A model generated the notes under the pieces. That model made no database searches and had not been told where the DNA came from. It saw only the letters and a program-made list of their open reading frames with translations. The translations under genes and the position numbers were made by a program. DNA of 64,000 nt from Chiloscyllium plagiosum (lineage: Eukaryota), in NCBI RefSeq assembly GCF_004010195.1, contig NC_057725.1, positions 44,678,349 to 44,742,348 on the forward strand, given 5' to 3'. This document shows, one piece after another, positions 39,601 through 47,830 of this stretch (positions within the stretch are counted from its first letter, which is position 1; each line of letters begins with the position of its first letter).

Positions 39601-40108
39601 AGTAACAATGATTGACTTTGATGATTCTGGCTAAATAAGTCTGGTTTGGGTGAATATGGAGTCAGTAAACTCTTATTTCCTACCCAGGAATATTTAATTG
39701 TTAAACAGCATGACTGTGTGCAAACACCATCAAGAATGATTCAAGAATAATGTATATTTGCTGAAGAATTAGTATTGCTGATTCTATAGATCCATAGTTC
39801 TACACAAATAGACATTTTCAGAAAATAGCAAGTTAGAAAGAGAGGATAAATTACCAGAGATTATTTTTCTGTATTGATTAAAAATAGAATTTTTCTCTGT
39901 TTTCCAGGTGAACATAGTCTCATGTGATGGAAAATGCCCCTCCGCCAGTATTTACAATTATAGCATGAACACACATACTAGATTTTGTAAATGCTGTCGG
40001 GAAATTGGCCTACAAAAACGCAGAGTGCAGCTTTACTGTAACAGCAACTCTACTTGGGTCAGTTACTCCATCCAAGAACCAACAGACTGTTCGTGCCAGT
40101 GGTCCTAG
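3570..40108 (+). CDS. OTOG: Otogelin, 3' portion: 18 coding exons, 2316 nt including stop (771 aa); 5' exons lie upstream of the window
   Basis: All exons are bounded by AG and GT (one GC) with matching phases and no internal stop. The translation is colinear with otogelin as I recall it (VWD4-C8-TIL-Cys-rich-CTCK). The C-terminus [38 protein letters not shown] and the C8 motif FCELWIRD resemble OTOG (…GLQRRSVQLFC…QEPTDCACQWS) more than OTOGL (…QEPIDCTCQWN). Confidence 0.93.
4615..5680 (+). mobile_element. Degraded LINE 3' fragment (CR1/L2-group), interrupted by the SINE at 5001
   Basis: RT C-terminal-like remnants (…caggtcaggactgtgatggaatactctcc…). The 3' end (…ttcaagggcaattaatgatggacaat…) is shared with copies at about 29330 and 47780. 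Confidence 0.55.
5001..5335 (+). mobile_element. tRNA-derived SINE (HE1/V-SINE type)
   Basis: tRNA-like head; V-domain tgtggagtttgcacattctcccc…gggtttcctcc…cctcccacaatccaaagatgtgcagg; CR1-like 3' tail. Confidence 0.85.
7499..7685 (+). CDS. OTOG: OTOG exon (VWD): [63 protein letters not shown]
   Basis: tccttcag| … TGCG|gtacgt; 187 nt, phase 0 to 1; VWD GLCG motif. Confidence 0.93.
8170..8830 (-). mobile_element. Degraded CR1 LINE RT 3' fragment
   Basis: ORF 8095..8367(-) has [33 protein letters not shown], the CR1 ORF2 C-terminal motif. A short SINE tail fragment sits inside it at about 8390-8460. Confidence 0.7.
9505..9952. mobile_element. Old PLE-derived fold-back element hosting a younger insertion
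   Basis: Arms aaactcaatgggtttggcagcatctgtgg / ccacagattgtgccagacctgctgagttt; hammerhead-like ctgaagaagtcatacaggacttgaaacgtt at 9593-9622. A related copy lies at about 25330-25520. Confidence 0.6.
9672..9886 (-). mobile_element. Young PLE (Neptune-type) mini fold-back element
   Basis: Inverted arms near-identical to the PLE 3' ends at 34950-35082 and 53757-53884; 15-bp TSD CTGCTGAGTTTTTCT at 9657-9671 and 9887-9901. Confidence 0.88.
10318..10538 (+). CDS. OTOG: OTOG exon (VWD end/C8): [16 protein letters not shown]…TFSLCHAQ
   Basis: tatacag| … CAA|gtatgt; 221 nt, phase 1 to 0; inside ORF 10287..10682. Confidence 0.94.
10593..10718 (-). mobile_element. PLE 3'-end (pLTR) fragment, single arm
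   Basis: …ctgcagatgctggagattagagtc…gctggaaaagcagagcaggtcag…gacgtttcaggcaaaattccttcatcagg. Confidence 0.78.
11478..11650 (-). mobile_element. PLE-derived mini fold-back element, different subfamily
   Basis: Arms agacaggcaggaagcggaaagagcacagcaaaccagg / cctggcttgctgtgttcttccagcctcctgcctgtct; central ctgaagaagggttacacc; flanked by ccatgtct on both sides. Confidence 0.65.
11968..12106 (+). CDS. OTOG: OTOG exon (C8): [46 protein letters not shown]
   Basis: atgctag| … TGCT|gtaagt; 139 nt, phase 0 to 1. Confidence 0.94.
12139..12364 (-). mobile_element. HE1/V-SINE-type SINE with internal deletion
   Basis: (ttaga)n tail, then ttccctacagcatggaaacaggcc…gggagaatgtgcaaactcc…gtgctgtgaggca. Confidence 0.85.
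13234..13697 (-). mobile_element. PLE-derived fold-back element, second family
   Basis: Arms aagttaaaaatcacacaacaccaggttat… / …ataacctattgttgtgtgaattttaactt; hammerhead-like CTGATGA…ctccGAAAgcta at 13616-13644; 14-bp TSD TTGAGCAGGAGACT at 13220-13233 and 13698-13711. A fragment of the same family lies at about 7138-7190. Confidence 0.8.
14104..14353 (+). mobile_element. Young PLE (Neptune-type) mini fold-back element
   Basis: Near-perfect inverted arms of about 95 bp; intact hammerhead cores on both strands (14164-14191 minus, 14229-14256 plus); 15-bp TSD TACACAGAACAGAGC at 14089-14103 and 14354-14368. Confidence 0.9.
14588..14900 (-). mobile_element. HE1/V-SINE-type SINE
   Basis: Full reverse-complement copy ending …gcagcagtgctaactactgagccacc. 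Confidence 0.87.
15147..15338 (+). CDS. OTOG: OTOG exon (TIL): [23 protein letters not shown]…[25 protein letters not shown]
   Basis: gtttcag| … TGTG|gtactt; 192 nt, phase 1 to 1. Confidence 0.94.
15565..15777 (+). CDS. OTOG: OTOG exon: [32 protein letters not shown]…KSCCPKKIC
   Basis: ttttcag| … TGTG|gtaagt; 213 nt, phase 1 to 1. Confidence 0.94.
16470..16832 (-). mobile_element. CR1 LINE 3' fragment
   Basis: ORF 16600..16887(-): [17 protein letters not shown]…[25 protein letters not shown]. Confidence 0.82.
17076..17180 (+). CDS. OTOG: OTOG exon: [35 protein letters not shown]
   Basis: gttttcag| … G|gtaagt; 105 nt, phase 1 to 1. Confidence 0.93.
18828..18932 (+). CDS. OTOG: OTOG exon: [35 protein letters not shown]
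   Basis: tctgcag| … A|gtaagt; 105 nt, phase 1 to 1. Confidence 0.93.
19572..20318. mobile_element. PLE (Poseidon-type) fold-back element, arms about 350 bp, apex near 19983
   Basis: Both arms encode the GIY-YIG C-terminus (…[12 protein letters not shown]…EFLEAWHS…). Each carries a decayed CTGATGATGTTACC…GGTGACGAAACGTC hammerhead motif (about 19651-19684 minus, 20246-20278 plus). Confidence 0.85.
20440..20900 (-). mobile_element. Degraded Neptune-type PLE fragment
   Basis: Minus strand shows a [16 protein letters not shown]-like GIY remnant and a ctgcagatgct-type terminus. Confidence 0.55.
21073..21174 (+). CDS. OTOG: OTOG exon: [34 protein letters not shown]
   Basis: caattag| … G|gtaaga; 102 nt, phase 1 to 1. 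Confidence 0.93.
22614..22712 (+). CDS. OTOG: OTOG exon: [33 protein letters not shown]
   Basis: tttttag| … G|gtaaga; 99 nt, phase 1 to 1. Confidence 0.93.
22804..22844 (+). CDS. OTOG: OTOG small exon: [14 protein letters not shown]
   Basis: ttttcag| … TTG|gtaagt; 41 nt, phase 1 to 0. Confidence 0.9.
22931..23006 (+). CDS. OTOG: OTOG exon with GC donor: [25 protein letters not shown]
   Basis: tttgcag| … TGTG|gcaagt; 76 nt, phase 0 to 1, as the next exon requires. Confidence 0.86.
23335..23668 (+). mobile_element. DeuSINE (SacSINE1/AmnSINE-like), diverged
   Basis: gctgtcttccagatgagatgttaatccaagg…aaaatagattatctggacattagcattt…tttgtggaagcttg…cattggctgcc…gtaaagcacttgggg resembles the Deu domain and 3' tail as I recall them. 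A more decayed minus-strand copy lies at about 17250-17460. Confidence 0.65.
24538..24716 (+). CDS. OTOG: OTOG exon: [34 protein letters not shown]…VNCSARCEM
   Basis: gttacag| … ATG|gtgaca; 179 nt, phase 1 to 0. Confidence 0.91.
26229..26333 (+). CDS. OTOG: OTOG exon: [35 protein letters not shown]
   Basis: cttcacag| … AAG|gtaaat; 105 nt, phase 0 to 0. Confidence 0.92.
27447..27836 (-). mobile_element. HE1/V-SINE-type SINE
   Basis: Reverse-complement V-domain and tRNA head; internal duplication of ccttatcccagtaacc. Confidence 0.85.
28144..28263 (+). CDS. OTOG: OTOG exon: [40 protein letters not shown]
   Basis: ctaatag| … AAG|gtcagt; 120 nt, phase 0 to 0. Confidence 0.92.
29055..29375 (+). 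mobile_element. SINE-like repeat sharing its 5' part with LINE remnants at about 37600 and 46400
   Basis: taatccagagactcagg…ttcaaacccaccatggcag…tagggaaggaaatctgtcatccttac…cccacag recurs at 37627-37830 and 46410-46570. Confidence 0.55.
29580..29870 (+). mobile_element. HE1/V-SINE-type SINE, young, slightly 5'-truncated
   Basis: gctgcctcacagcgccagagacccgggttc…; CpGs retained; tail aatctaatctaat. Confidence 0.9.
30545..30590 (+). CDS. OTOG: OTOG small exon: [15 protein letters not shown]
   Basis: cttctccag| … AGCT|gtgagt; 46 nt, phase 0 to 1. Confidence 0.92.
32600..32835. other. Assembly gap (N) inside CR1; further gaps at 33925-34863, 50229-51016 and 52884-53689 inside PLEs
   Basis: Runs of n; every gap lies within a young high-copy retroelement. 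Confidence 0.99.
32981..35082 (+). mobile_element. Neptune-type PLE insertion with 224 bp of captured local DNA at its 5' end
   Basis: RT motifs [37 protein letters not shown] from 33207; pLTR plus tail to 35082; 16-bp TSD ACAGGATTGGTCAGAG at 32965-32980 and 35083-35098; N gap 33925-34863 inside. Confidence 0.9.
35826..35980 (+). mobile_element. PLE mini fold-back element inside the CR1
   Basis: Short inverted arms; 16-bp TSD CTTGTATACC(C/A)TTGAG at 35810-35825 and 35981-35996. Confidence 0.87.
37191..37270 (+). CDS. OTOG: OTOG exon (start of cystine knot): [27 protein letters not shown]
   Basis: tgtgcag| … CCT|gtaagt; 80 nt, phase 1 to 0. Confidence 0.94.
37600..38345 (+). mobile_element. 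Degraded LINE 5' region with AP-endonuclease remnant
   Basis: [10 protein letters not shown]…TLTILGY…RQDR-like remnants; same family as 46400-47830. Confidence 0.55.
38387..38693 (-). mobile_element. HE1/V-SINE-type SINE with TSD
   Basis: Full copy with (gatta)n tail; 9-bp flanking repeat GCAAGTGAT at 38377-38385 and 38696-38704. Confidence 0.9.
39908..40108 (+). CDS. OTOG: OTOG terminal coding exon (cystine knot): [17 protein letters not shown]…[11 protein letters not shown]
   Basis: tttccag|GTG…; TAG stop at 40106-40108; CxGxC, CC and CxC cystine-knot pattern. Confidence 0.95.
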   Translation: MNIVSCDGKCPSASIYNYSMNTHTRFCKCCREIGLQKRRVQLYCNSNSTWVSYSIQEPTDCSCQWS

Positions 40109-40694
40109 AGACTAAATGAAACTGCATAACTATAATTCCAACAAATATGTGCGATGATCTGTAGATTGATACTTTGTGCAAACTATGTGTACTCCAGTAA
40201 ACCCAGCCTGTACTTGAGCATCTTGATCTTTATTTTGTTTTAATTTTTCATTTTCTATGGATTCTTTATTTCAGTCTTCACCAGTCTTCTCAACTGCCTG
40301 GAATAGTTCAGTAATTACACACACATAACAAATCTACGTCTTTTATTCACATAAACTTGCCAAAGAAATCGAACTACTTGGAGCCTAAATTGTACAGGTT
40401 ACCATTCCTCCAGTTGTTGCTGACTTTACAAGCTTGTTTCTCTCCAAGTAAACTAAAAAGAGTTTGCCTGCCTTGAGGAGTTTAATATTGGCAGTGAATG
40501 TCAAAATGGAAAGTGGTCCATTCCCTGGCACTTAAACAAGCACAAATTTCACACAAGTATATTTTAGATTAAAAAAAACTTTTACATATTATAACGACAA
40601 CATTTTCTAAACTAAAGATGGAAACATGAGCATCTATATCAGAAGAATCCTGTTTTGTACAGAACTGTTGCCTAGACATACCAATACATTTTAT

Positions 40695-40876
40695 GCGAAA
40701 GTGAGGACTGCAGAAGCTGGAGATTAGAGTTGAGAGTGTGGTGCTGGAAAAGCACAGCAAGTCAGGCAGCATCCGAGGAGCAGGAGATTCCTGATGAAGG
40801 GCTTTTGCCCGAAACGTTGATTCTCCTGCTGCTCGGATGCTGTCTGACCTGCTGTGCCTTTCCAGCACCACTCTCT
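40695..40876 (-). mobile_element. PLE mini fold-back element downstream of the OTOG stop codon
   Basis: Inverted arms around CTGATGAAGGGCTTTTGCCCGAAACGTT (40791-40818, + strand); TSD ATACC(A/G)ATACATTT at 40678-40691 and 40879-40892. Confidence 0.87.
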
Positions 40877-41171
40877 TAATACCGATACATTTATTAAAAT
40901 ATATGGAATTTTGTATTTTTATTCCAATAGGTTTGTACTAAGTTTAGGGCAGTTACAGTGATATTTGCCTCAAAATGTTTTAATGTTCATGATTTTGTCA
41001 GAATTATACATAAATTAAATTTGATCAAGAACAATTAATTAGCAGAAAAATAATCAAAATAGGCTTTCAGTAAATCTATCTGTTACATAGAGGATAGCCT
41101 GTTACATAGAGGATACAAAACCCGAACAATCAGTTGTATATTCCTTTGCACTTTATTTAAACATTAAAACA

Positions 41172-41177
41172 AATAAA
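41172..41177 (+). terminator. Candidate polyadenylation signal of OTOG (AATAAA)
   Basis: First canonical AATAAA I found after the stop, followed by a T/GT-rich tract (ttttgtatttgtgtgtat). Weaker ATTAAA variants occur earlier (40568, 40893). Confidence 0.5.
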
Positions 41178-43104
41178 GCCAAAGTAAATTTTTGTATTTG
41201 TGTGTATCTGAAATTTAACCCAAATTAATTCTATTAAACATGAGAGATTAGTTTATCATATATAGCTTGTTGCTATGGAATTATACACCAACTATGCTAT
41301 TTTCTAACAGCTATGAACTCTGCTGATTCTGCTATTTATGAATGGAGAAACAATTATGATCAATATAATCTTATTTTTAAAATGTACTGGATGCATGCAT
41401 GTCTCAACTTTGAAAATTTCACTCTGAAATAAATAATAGAGGTCCAATGCAAAAAACCCTCTATCTCCTTCAAAAGCATTCAGTTTGGAAATCTTTTAGC
41501 CACTGAGAAATGCCCTGAGTTTACTCATGTTGATACTTTTCTTGTCTATCCTGTGACTAATTTTAAAACCATCTTATTATTTAGCTTTACTACCATTTAA
41601 CCATGAATTTGACCAATGCACTGATTTTATTTGTATTGCACTTTTACCATATCAGATAACTGTATACAGGAACTAACAATAAGGAATGAGGAAAATAATT
41701 GGTTTAGAGAGCAACCGCACATTTATAAATTTTATGACTTTGTGCAGAACTTGAAACTTCCGTGTTGACAGTGTTCATGTAATGTTTTCTCCTATATTTT
41801 CAACTACTAGAAAAATGTTGAATGCGCTGGAGAAATGTGCAAAGCTCCTGGCTTCATATGCTGTCATAATATGAAGAAGTAAAAAAACAAAGGTACTGAA
41901 GCAAAGTTGGTAAAGAACACATTTTCCAGGAATATCTCTCATGCGTGAAACAATCTATGCAGGCTGGAATGCAACAAATTGATTGGGCAAAAATGCTGCA
42001 ATTCTTTATAAACCAAAGCACACTGAAGCGTAGACAGAAGACTTTAATCTCTTAGCTTTGCTGGCAGCAGAGTTACTTGACTGAGTTGCACACCTGTGAT
42101 TTACTTATACTGTTATGCTATCTGATAAATATTATTTAATTTTGCAGATCACTAGTCCTTCATGTATACAAATTTTAATCTATCCATTCTTGCAGGCAAA
42201 TACAACCACAGGTAATAGCAACCGTCCATTCTTCTTGTATTGCTCTAGGTAGTGGATGTGGGTCAGTGCAGCGTCAGATAACACACAAACGAAGTTGCAT
42301 TCATAATAAAGGAAAAAAGAATGCATTATTAAGGTTTTGCTTTTAACTTTTGTGATTAATGTGCATTGATTTTAAATCTCTAATGTGTTAGAATTCCCCA
42401 CAGTCTGTGTTCAGATGAGCTGTTTTTTACTTAAAAATAAAGAACAACACAAAGCTAACTCAGGATAGTGAAGGATAAGACCCAGATGGCCCAAAGGTTA
42501 ACATCGGAAGCAACCTTTATCCATTTATCTTAAACAAATCCCTTCTGTCATCTTCTGATCTATCCTTTCTCCTCTCAGTTCAAAGCAGCCCAGGCCTCAG
42601 GATTGCCTTTTTACTGCCTGTTTGAGAAAAATAATTAAATTAGAGGGAAATGAGCACTTGTCCTTGGTGACCATTTTAGCTTTAAAGTATTTTCAAGTCA
42701 AGTGGGTCTCATTAGTGGATTCTTTCATCCAATGCCTCATATGAGAAATAAAGACAGTTGAAGAACAGGGAAAGTGAAATGATGTGGACATCTGGGCAAA
42801 CCTCGCTAACTGAATCAAGCAATCTCATAGACACCACTTATATTTAATTCTGGCAAAGAAAAGTTTATATTGTCACAAGGATAAACAAATGATAAGCAAG
42901 ATGATCAAAAGCAAGATGAGGTTCAGTAATTTGTATGAATAATGATGACACAACAACAAAGGCAATCTCTATATTATGCAAACAGGCATTGTGCGCACTT
43001 TAACAGCAGCAGTAGCCAATTGCTATTGTGCATACATAATCCATTTGATTTTTGTTGTTTCAATATTGGCAAACAACTTTGCAAGACCAACTTAGATGGA
43101 ACTA

Positions 43105-43710
43105 CATAAAATACAAAGTGCAGGAACAAGCCTTCAAGTCCGTAACTACATGCTGATGTTTTTGCTCCATTTAACCTTCTCCAATCCTCCTTCATTTAAC
43201 TTTCAGCAAAACTTCATATGCTGATCATGAAATGCGTCTATACCACCCACTTCAGCCACTCCTTATAGTAGCGTATTCCACATTCCTGTCACTCTATGGG
43301 CTAAAAGGTTTCTTCTGAATTCTTTGTTTGATTCTTCAGTGACTATTTTGCATTGTTGACTTTTTGTTTTGCTGTCCCCATTAACTGAAAACACTCTCCT
43401 GTGTCTACTCCATTATAAACTTGTATAATTTTAGTGACCTCTATTAAGTCACCCCTCAGCCTTCACTTTCCAAAAGTAAAAAGACACATCCTCTTCATCC
43501 TTGTCAACAGTAGGTGATCACAGGATATCCTTGTTGGTTTATCCTTTTGACTGAGCAATCAAAATTGTATTGGTACCAATTAGCAAATTTTTCTACTTTT
43601 CAATTGTATCTCCCAAAAAATAAACTAGGTTTACTCTTATTAATTAATCTTTTCACAATGTTTAATGATTTGTGTATTTGACCTCCTAAGTTCCCTTTGT
43701 TCCTCTGCTT
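43105..43710 (-). mobile_element. Degraded CR1 3' fragment
   Basis: …ttgtataattttagtgacctctattaagtcacccctcagcctt… is the reverse complement of the RLRGDLIEV motif. Confidence 0.6.
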
Positions 43711-43819
43711 TCTTTTCATCCACACATGGGTTGTGAGCATCACTGGCTAAGCCAACATTTATTGCACATCCCTAATTGCCATTGAGAAGCTCCCTTCTTG
43801 AACTTCTGCAGTCCATTTG

Positions 43820-44045
43820 GTGTAGTTACACATACAATTCCAGGTGTAAGTTTGCTCGCTGAGCTGCAAGGTTCATTTTCAGATGTTTTGTCACCATAAT
43901 AGGTAACATCATCAGTAAGCCAATGGTGAAGCTTCATCGGAGACTCATTGACGATGTTACCTAATGTGATAAAACGTCTGAAGCTCAGTGAGTAAACTTG
44001 CATCCAGAATGTCAACCTGAGCTACAAATCTTCTCAAAGCTCACT
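43820..44045 (+). mobile_element. Poseidon-type PLE mini fold-back element
   Basis: Same terminal sequence as 19572-20318; arms tgtaagtttgctcgctgagct… / …agctcagtgagtaaacttgca; one-sided extension …cctgagctacaaatcttctcaaagctcact. Confidence 0.8.
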
Positions 44046-46399
44046 AATATGCAGTTCCATTAAATTGGGAGTTATTTTTAATGCCCCTGGCTTGTTTCAA
44101 AGAGCAAGTGGGGACATGTGTGCCATCTGCCAACTATCAGCCCACAAATGAAGCCAGAATGTAATTGATGCTATTTCTCTAGATTATAGCAGTTTATATC
44201 CTTCCCCATGATAGGAGCTTCAAGTAGCTCAGGCAGTGATTCAGGGCAGTAACATTGCCTTGTTCTGAGGTTAAGTTGGTATCGGAGTGTTGTGCAGTGC
44301 TGTTTTTCATGGAGTGCAGCAGATTGGGGGCAATCATGAGGCACCTCCTTTTTACTATTCCATCATCAGTTGGCCTTCAACATTTCAGTTGAGCTGACTG
44401 CTAAAGAACCTTGAGTATCTGACCGTATTTAACCTGAGATTGGCAGTACTTTGGGAATATCAGCGCCATAAGCATCATTGGAAAAAACACTTATGAGAAA
44501 TGGGAAAATTCAGCCCTTTAGCTTTATTATCAGTCGTACGTGGGTATGTAGACTTTGGATTGACTTCTTAATGGTGAGTGTCACAATTTTTGTTGCCATC
44601 TGTCTCTTTTTCTGTATATTATTTTATATGCATTTTGAAGGATATTGTTTCTATCTTGCAATTCCATTTCTTCTAAGCATTCTTGATTGTAGCTGTTATT
44701 TCATTTGCAGCTGCCAAACATGAGCTTTTCTTTATGGATTCCAGTATTTGGAGGAGGTTCAGCAACTCTCAGGAAAGGACAGGTGGATGCAAACACACAT
44801 CATGAGTTATGCACATACACTAGTTCTATATCTTACGATTCATTAGGAACTGCTCCTTCTTGGCTTGAAAGAAGTCATCTCTGCTTGGTGCTAAGACAAA
44901 GGAGACTACTACGTAAATTTGCCCACTCTTGGAGTCAGGCCAGCAATTCTGAAGGGCATTCCACAATTCAGCTATCTAAAATTTTCAAGCTACTACCAGT
45001 GAAAAAAAACAAAGTAATTAATTGGTTATTCACAGATGTAGCAAAGTGGTGACTGAAACGTAGTTTGCAAAATAATGTTGCACAGATTCACAGAATGATG
45101 CAGCACAGACATAGGCAATTCAGTCAATAGCCCCTGTATCAACTTTTACAAATAGCTAAAAGGGCTATCCATATCCTCCCATTCGTCTGCTTTCCCCCTA
45201 TCGCCTGCAAATTTAGCATGTTCATGGATTTATCTGATTCTCTTTGAAAGCTGTTAGTAGACTTGCTTCCATCACACTGCTGGAAATTAAATCATAAGTC
45301 ACTGTTTAGAAAATAAAGGTTCCCTATATTGCTTCTGGCTCCTTTTTACAACACCTTGAATCCATGTCGTGTGGTATCTTACAGCTGGAAAACAGCTTTA
45401 CCTTATTTATTCCTATCATAATCCTTCATAATTTTGAACAGTTTTATTACATCTCGTTTTAATCTTCTCTAAATCAAGAAGAAACCCAACCCCTCTGTGG
45501 TCTTCCTTGTAACTGAATTCCCACATACTTGTCAGTCTTTATTCCAACTTTCCCTGGCCTATCAGGTTAACCCTGGATATCAATAACCTAAGCAGTCCCA
45601 CAACATGACATACCCAATTGTTCCTCACTGAAACAAGGTAAACAACAAAAAATCCTGCAATAATAGTAATACATCACAAATGGCATGGTTTATGTGGACC
45701 TGTCAGAGGATCAGACTGAAACAGTTGATTAACCTGCTTCATCACAATATCCAGTCGCTGACAGACAACTCGCATTCCTGAGATAACCATCACACACTTT
45801 TTATTCTCCTTTTCTAGGCAAACAGCATTTGTGATCAAACGTTGACACTTTCCAATTTTCAACGATTGACCAGTTTGACCATGGGCAAAAATTACAAATG
45901 TGTCACATTGCCCTTGGTTGGTTAAACTATCATTCATTAAGAAAACCACTTGTTTTCTATGGAAAGAGGCTTATCTTTTGGTTTTAACAAACCTTAAGCC
46001 CAGACCAACCTGCTCATATTATCTATTTCCTTTCAGCTTTTGTATTGTCCAATCAGTTGTATGATATTTATACAGCATAATTCTATAGTTTTGAATACAA
46101 ATGGTCATCACATATCTAGTGAACTGTTTAAATCAGAATGTCAGGCAGACAACAATTCAGCACATCACCTGGCTGAGTTGTAAACTCACAAATCCTTTCG
46201 GAGACATCATGCAATTGATTAACCTTTCAATACAGCAGACTTCATTTTCTTTCCTCTCATTTTGGCTAACCCAGCAAATTTGGGGTTACAACCTACCTAT
46301 GTTATTCCAGCCTCCTCTGCAACATCTGCATTGTCTTGACATCCTTCCTAGCATGTTATTCCCAAAAGTAGTGAACCTGAAATATAGCATTAGTATATT

Positions 46400-47830
46400 G
46401 TACAATTTAATTAGAAGTCTAATGATAACTATTTAAGCATTGTCATAAAAACCAGCTGGTCCACTAATGTCTTTTAGGGGAAAAAAACTGACACTTTCTT
46501 GTGACTCCAAACCCATAGCAATGTGATTGTCTTTTCACTGCCCTCTGAAATGGCCGAGCAATCCATTCAGTTAAGAGGCATGTCTCTCAGACTAGTCAAC
46601 CATCAGCCTGATATAGTCATACTCAAAGAATCATATCATATAAATAATGTGCCAGACATTATCATCTTCACCCCTGGGCATATCCTGTCCCTCTGCAGAG
46701 GTGGCAGCACAATGGTATACAGTCAGGAGGGAGTTGCCATGGGAATACTCAACATTGACTCTGGACTTCAATAGTTCTCATGGCATGAAGTCAAACATAG
46801 TTAGGGAAACATCCAGCTGATTACCACATACTGCCTCACCTTGGCTGAAGATTCAGTACTTCTCCGTGTTGAACACCACTTTATGGTGGCAAGTACACTG
46901 AATGTATTCTAGTGGGGAATTCAATACCTATCACCAAGAATGGCTTGGTCGCAGCACCAATGACTGAGGTATGTGAATCCTAAAGGACATTGTTGCTTGC
47001 AGCAGGTGATAAAGGAATCAACAAAAGATAAAAACATAGTTGACCTCATCCTCATCAATCTGCTGTTGCAGATAGGTGCATAACAGTACAGCATGACACA
47101 GGTGGCACAGTGGCTCAGTGGCAAGCACTCCTGCCTCACAATGCCAGGGAGCTGGTTTCAATTCCAGCTTTGGGTGACTGTGTATGGAGTTTTCACATTC
47201 TCCCTGTGTCTATGTGGGTTTCCTCCAGGTGCTCCAGCTTACTCCCACAGACCAAAGATGTGTAGGTTAGGTGAATTGGCCATGCTAAATTGCTCTGTAG
47301 TGACCAGGGATGCGTAGTTTAGGTGGATTAGCCATGGTAAATGTGGGGTTACAGGTATAGGGTAGCCACTGGGTCTGGGTGGGATACTCGTCAGAGGGTT
47401 AATGCAGACATGATGGGCTGAATGGCCTCTTTCCACACTATAGAGATTCTGTGACACTTCTAATACTGGTACTATCTCCATATTGAGTAGACTTCCACAA
47501 AACGTCACTCCCTCCATCACTGACATTCAGTAGCTGCAAAGTGTACCTGCTACAAGATGGCCTGCAGAAAGTTAGCAGCACCTTCCACAACCATTACTAG
47601 CAATGGGCAACAGATACATGGGAACACTACAACCTGCAACTCCCCTTCATGTCACTTACCACCCTAACTTGGAAGTAGGGGCACTGGGTCAAAATCCTGG
47701 AATTCCTTTCCTAATAATATTGTAAGTCACCAGTTTCAACCACTGGCAGTAGTTCTAGAAGGCAGCTCACGCCTTGGGATGGGCAATAATTACATCCACA
47801 TTTCATGAGTGAATTTTTAAAACGATAACA
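46400..47830 (+). mobile_element. Degraded, internally deleted LINE (AP-endonuclease plus 3' end), interrupted by a SINE
   Basis: ORF 46523..46774: RLVNHQPDIVILKESY…PGHILS…RGGSTMVYSQEGVAMGILNID; 3' end …gggatgggcaataat. Confidence 0.65.
47098..47452 (+). mobile_element. HE1/V-SINE-type SINE
   Basis: ggtggcacagtggctcagtgg…V-domain…ttccacactatagagattct. Confidence 0.85.

Noticed and set aside
39908-40108. Assignment to OTOGL, a mucin or VWF
   Set aside because: The terminal residues and C8/TIL motifs fit OTOG better as recalled; phylogeny is still needed for proof.
41080-41115. 19-bp tandem duplication (ctgttacatagaggatagc)
   Set aside because: Ordinary two-copy slippage duplication with no sign of function.
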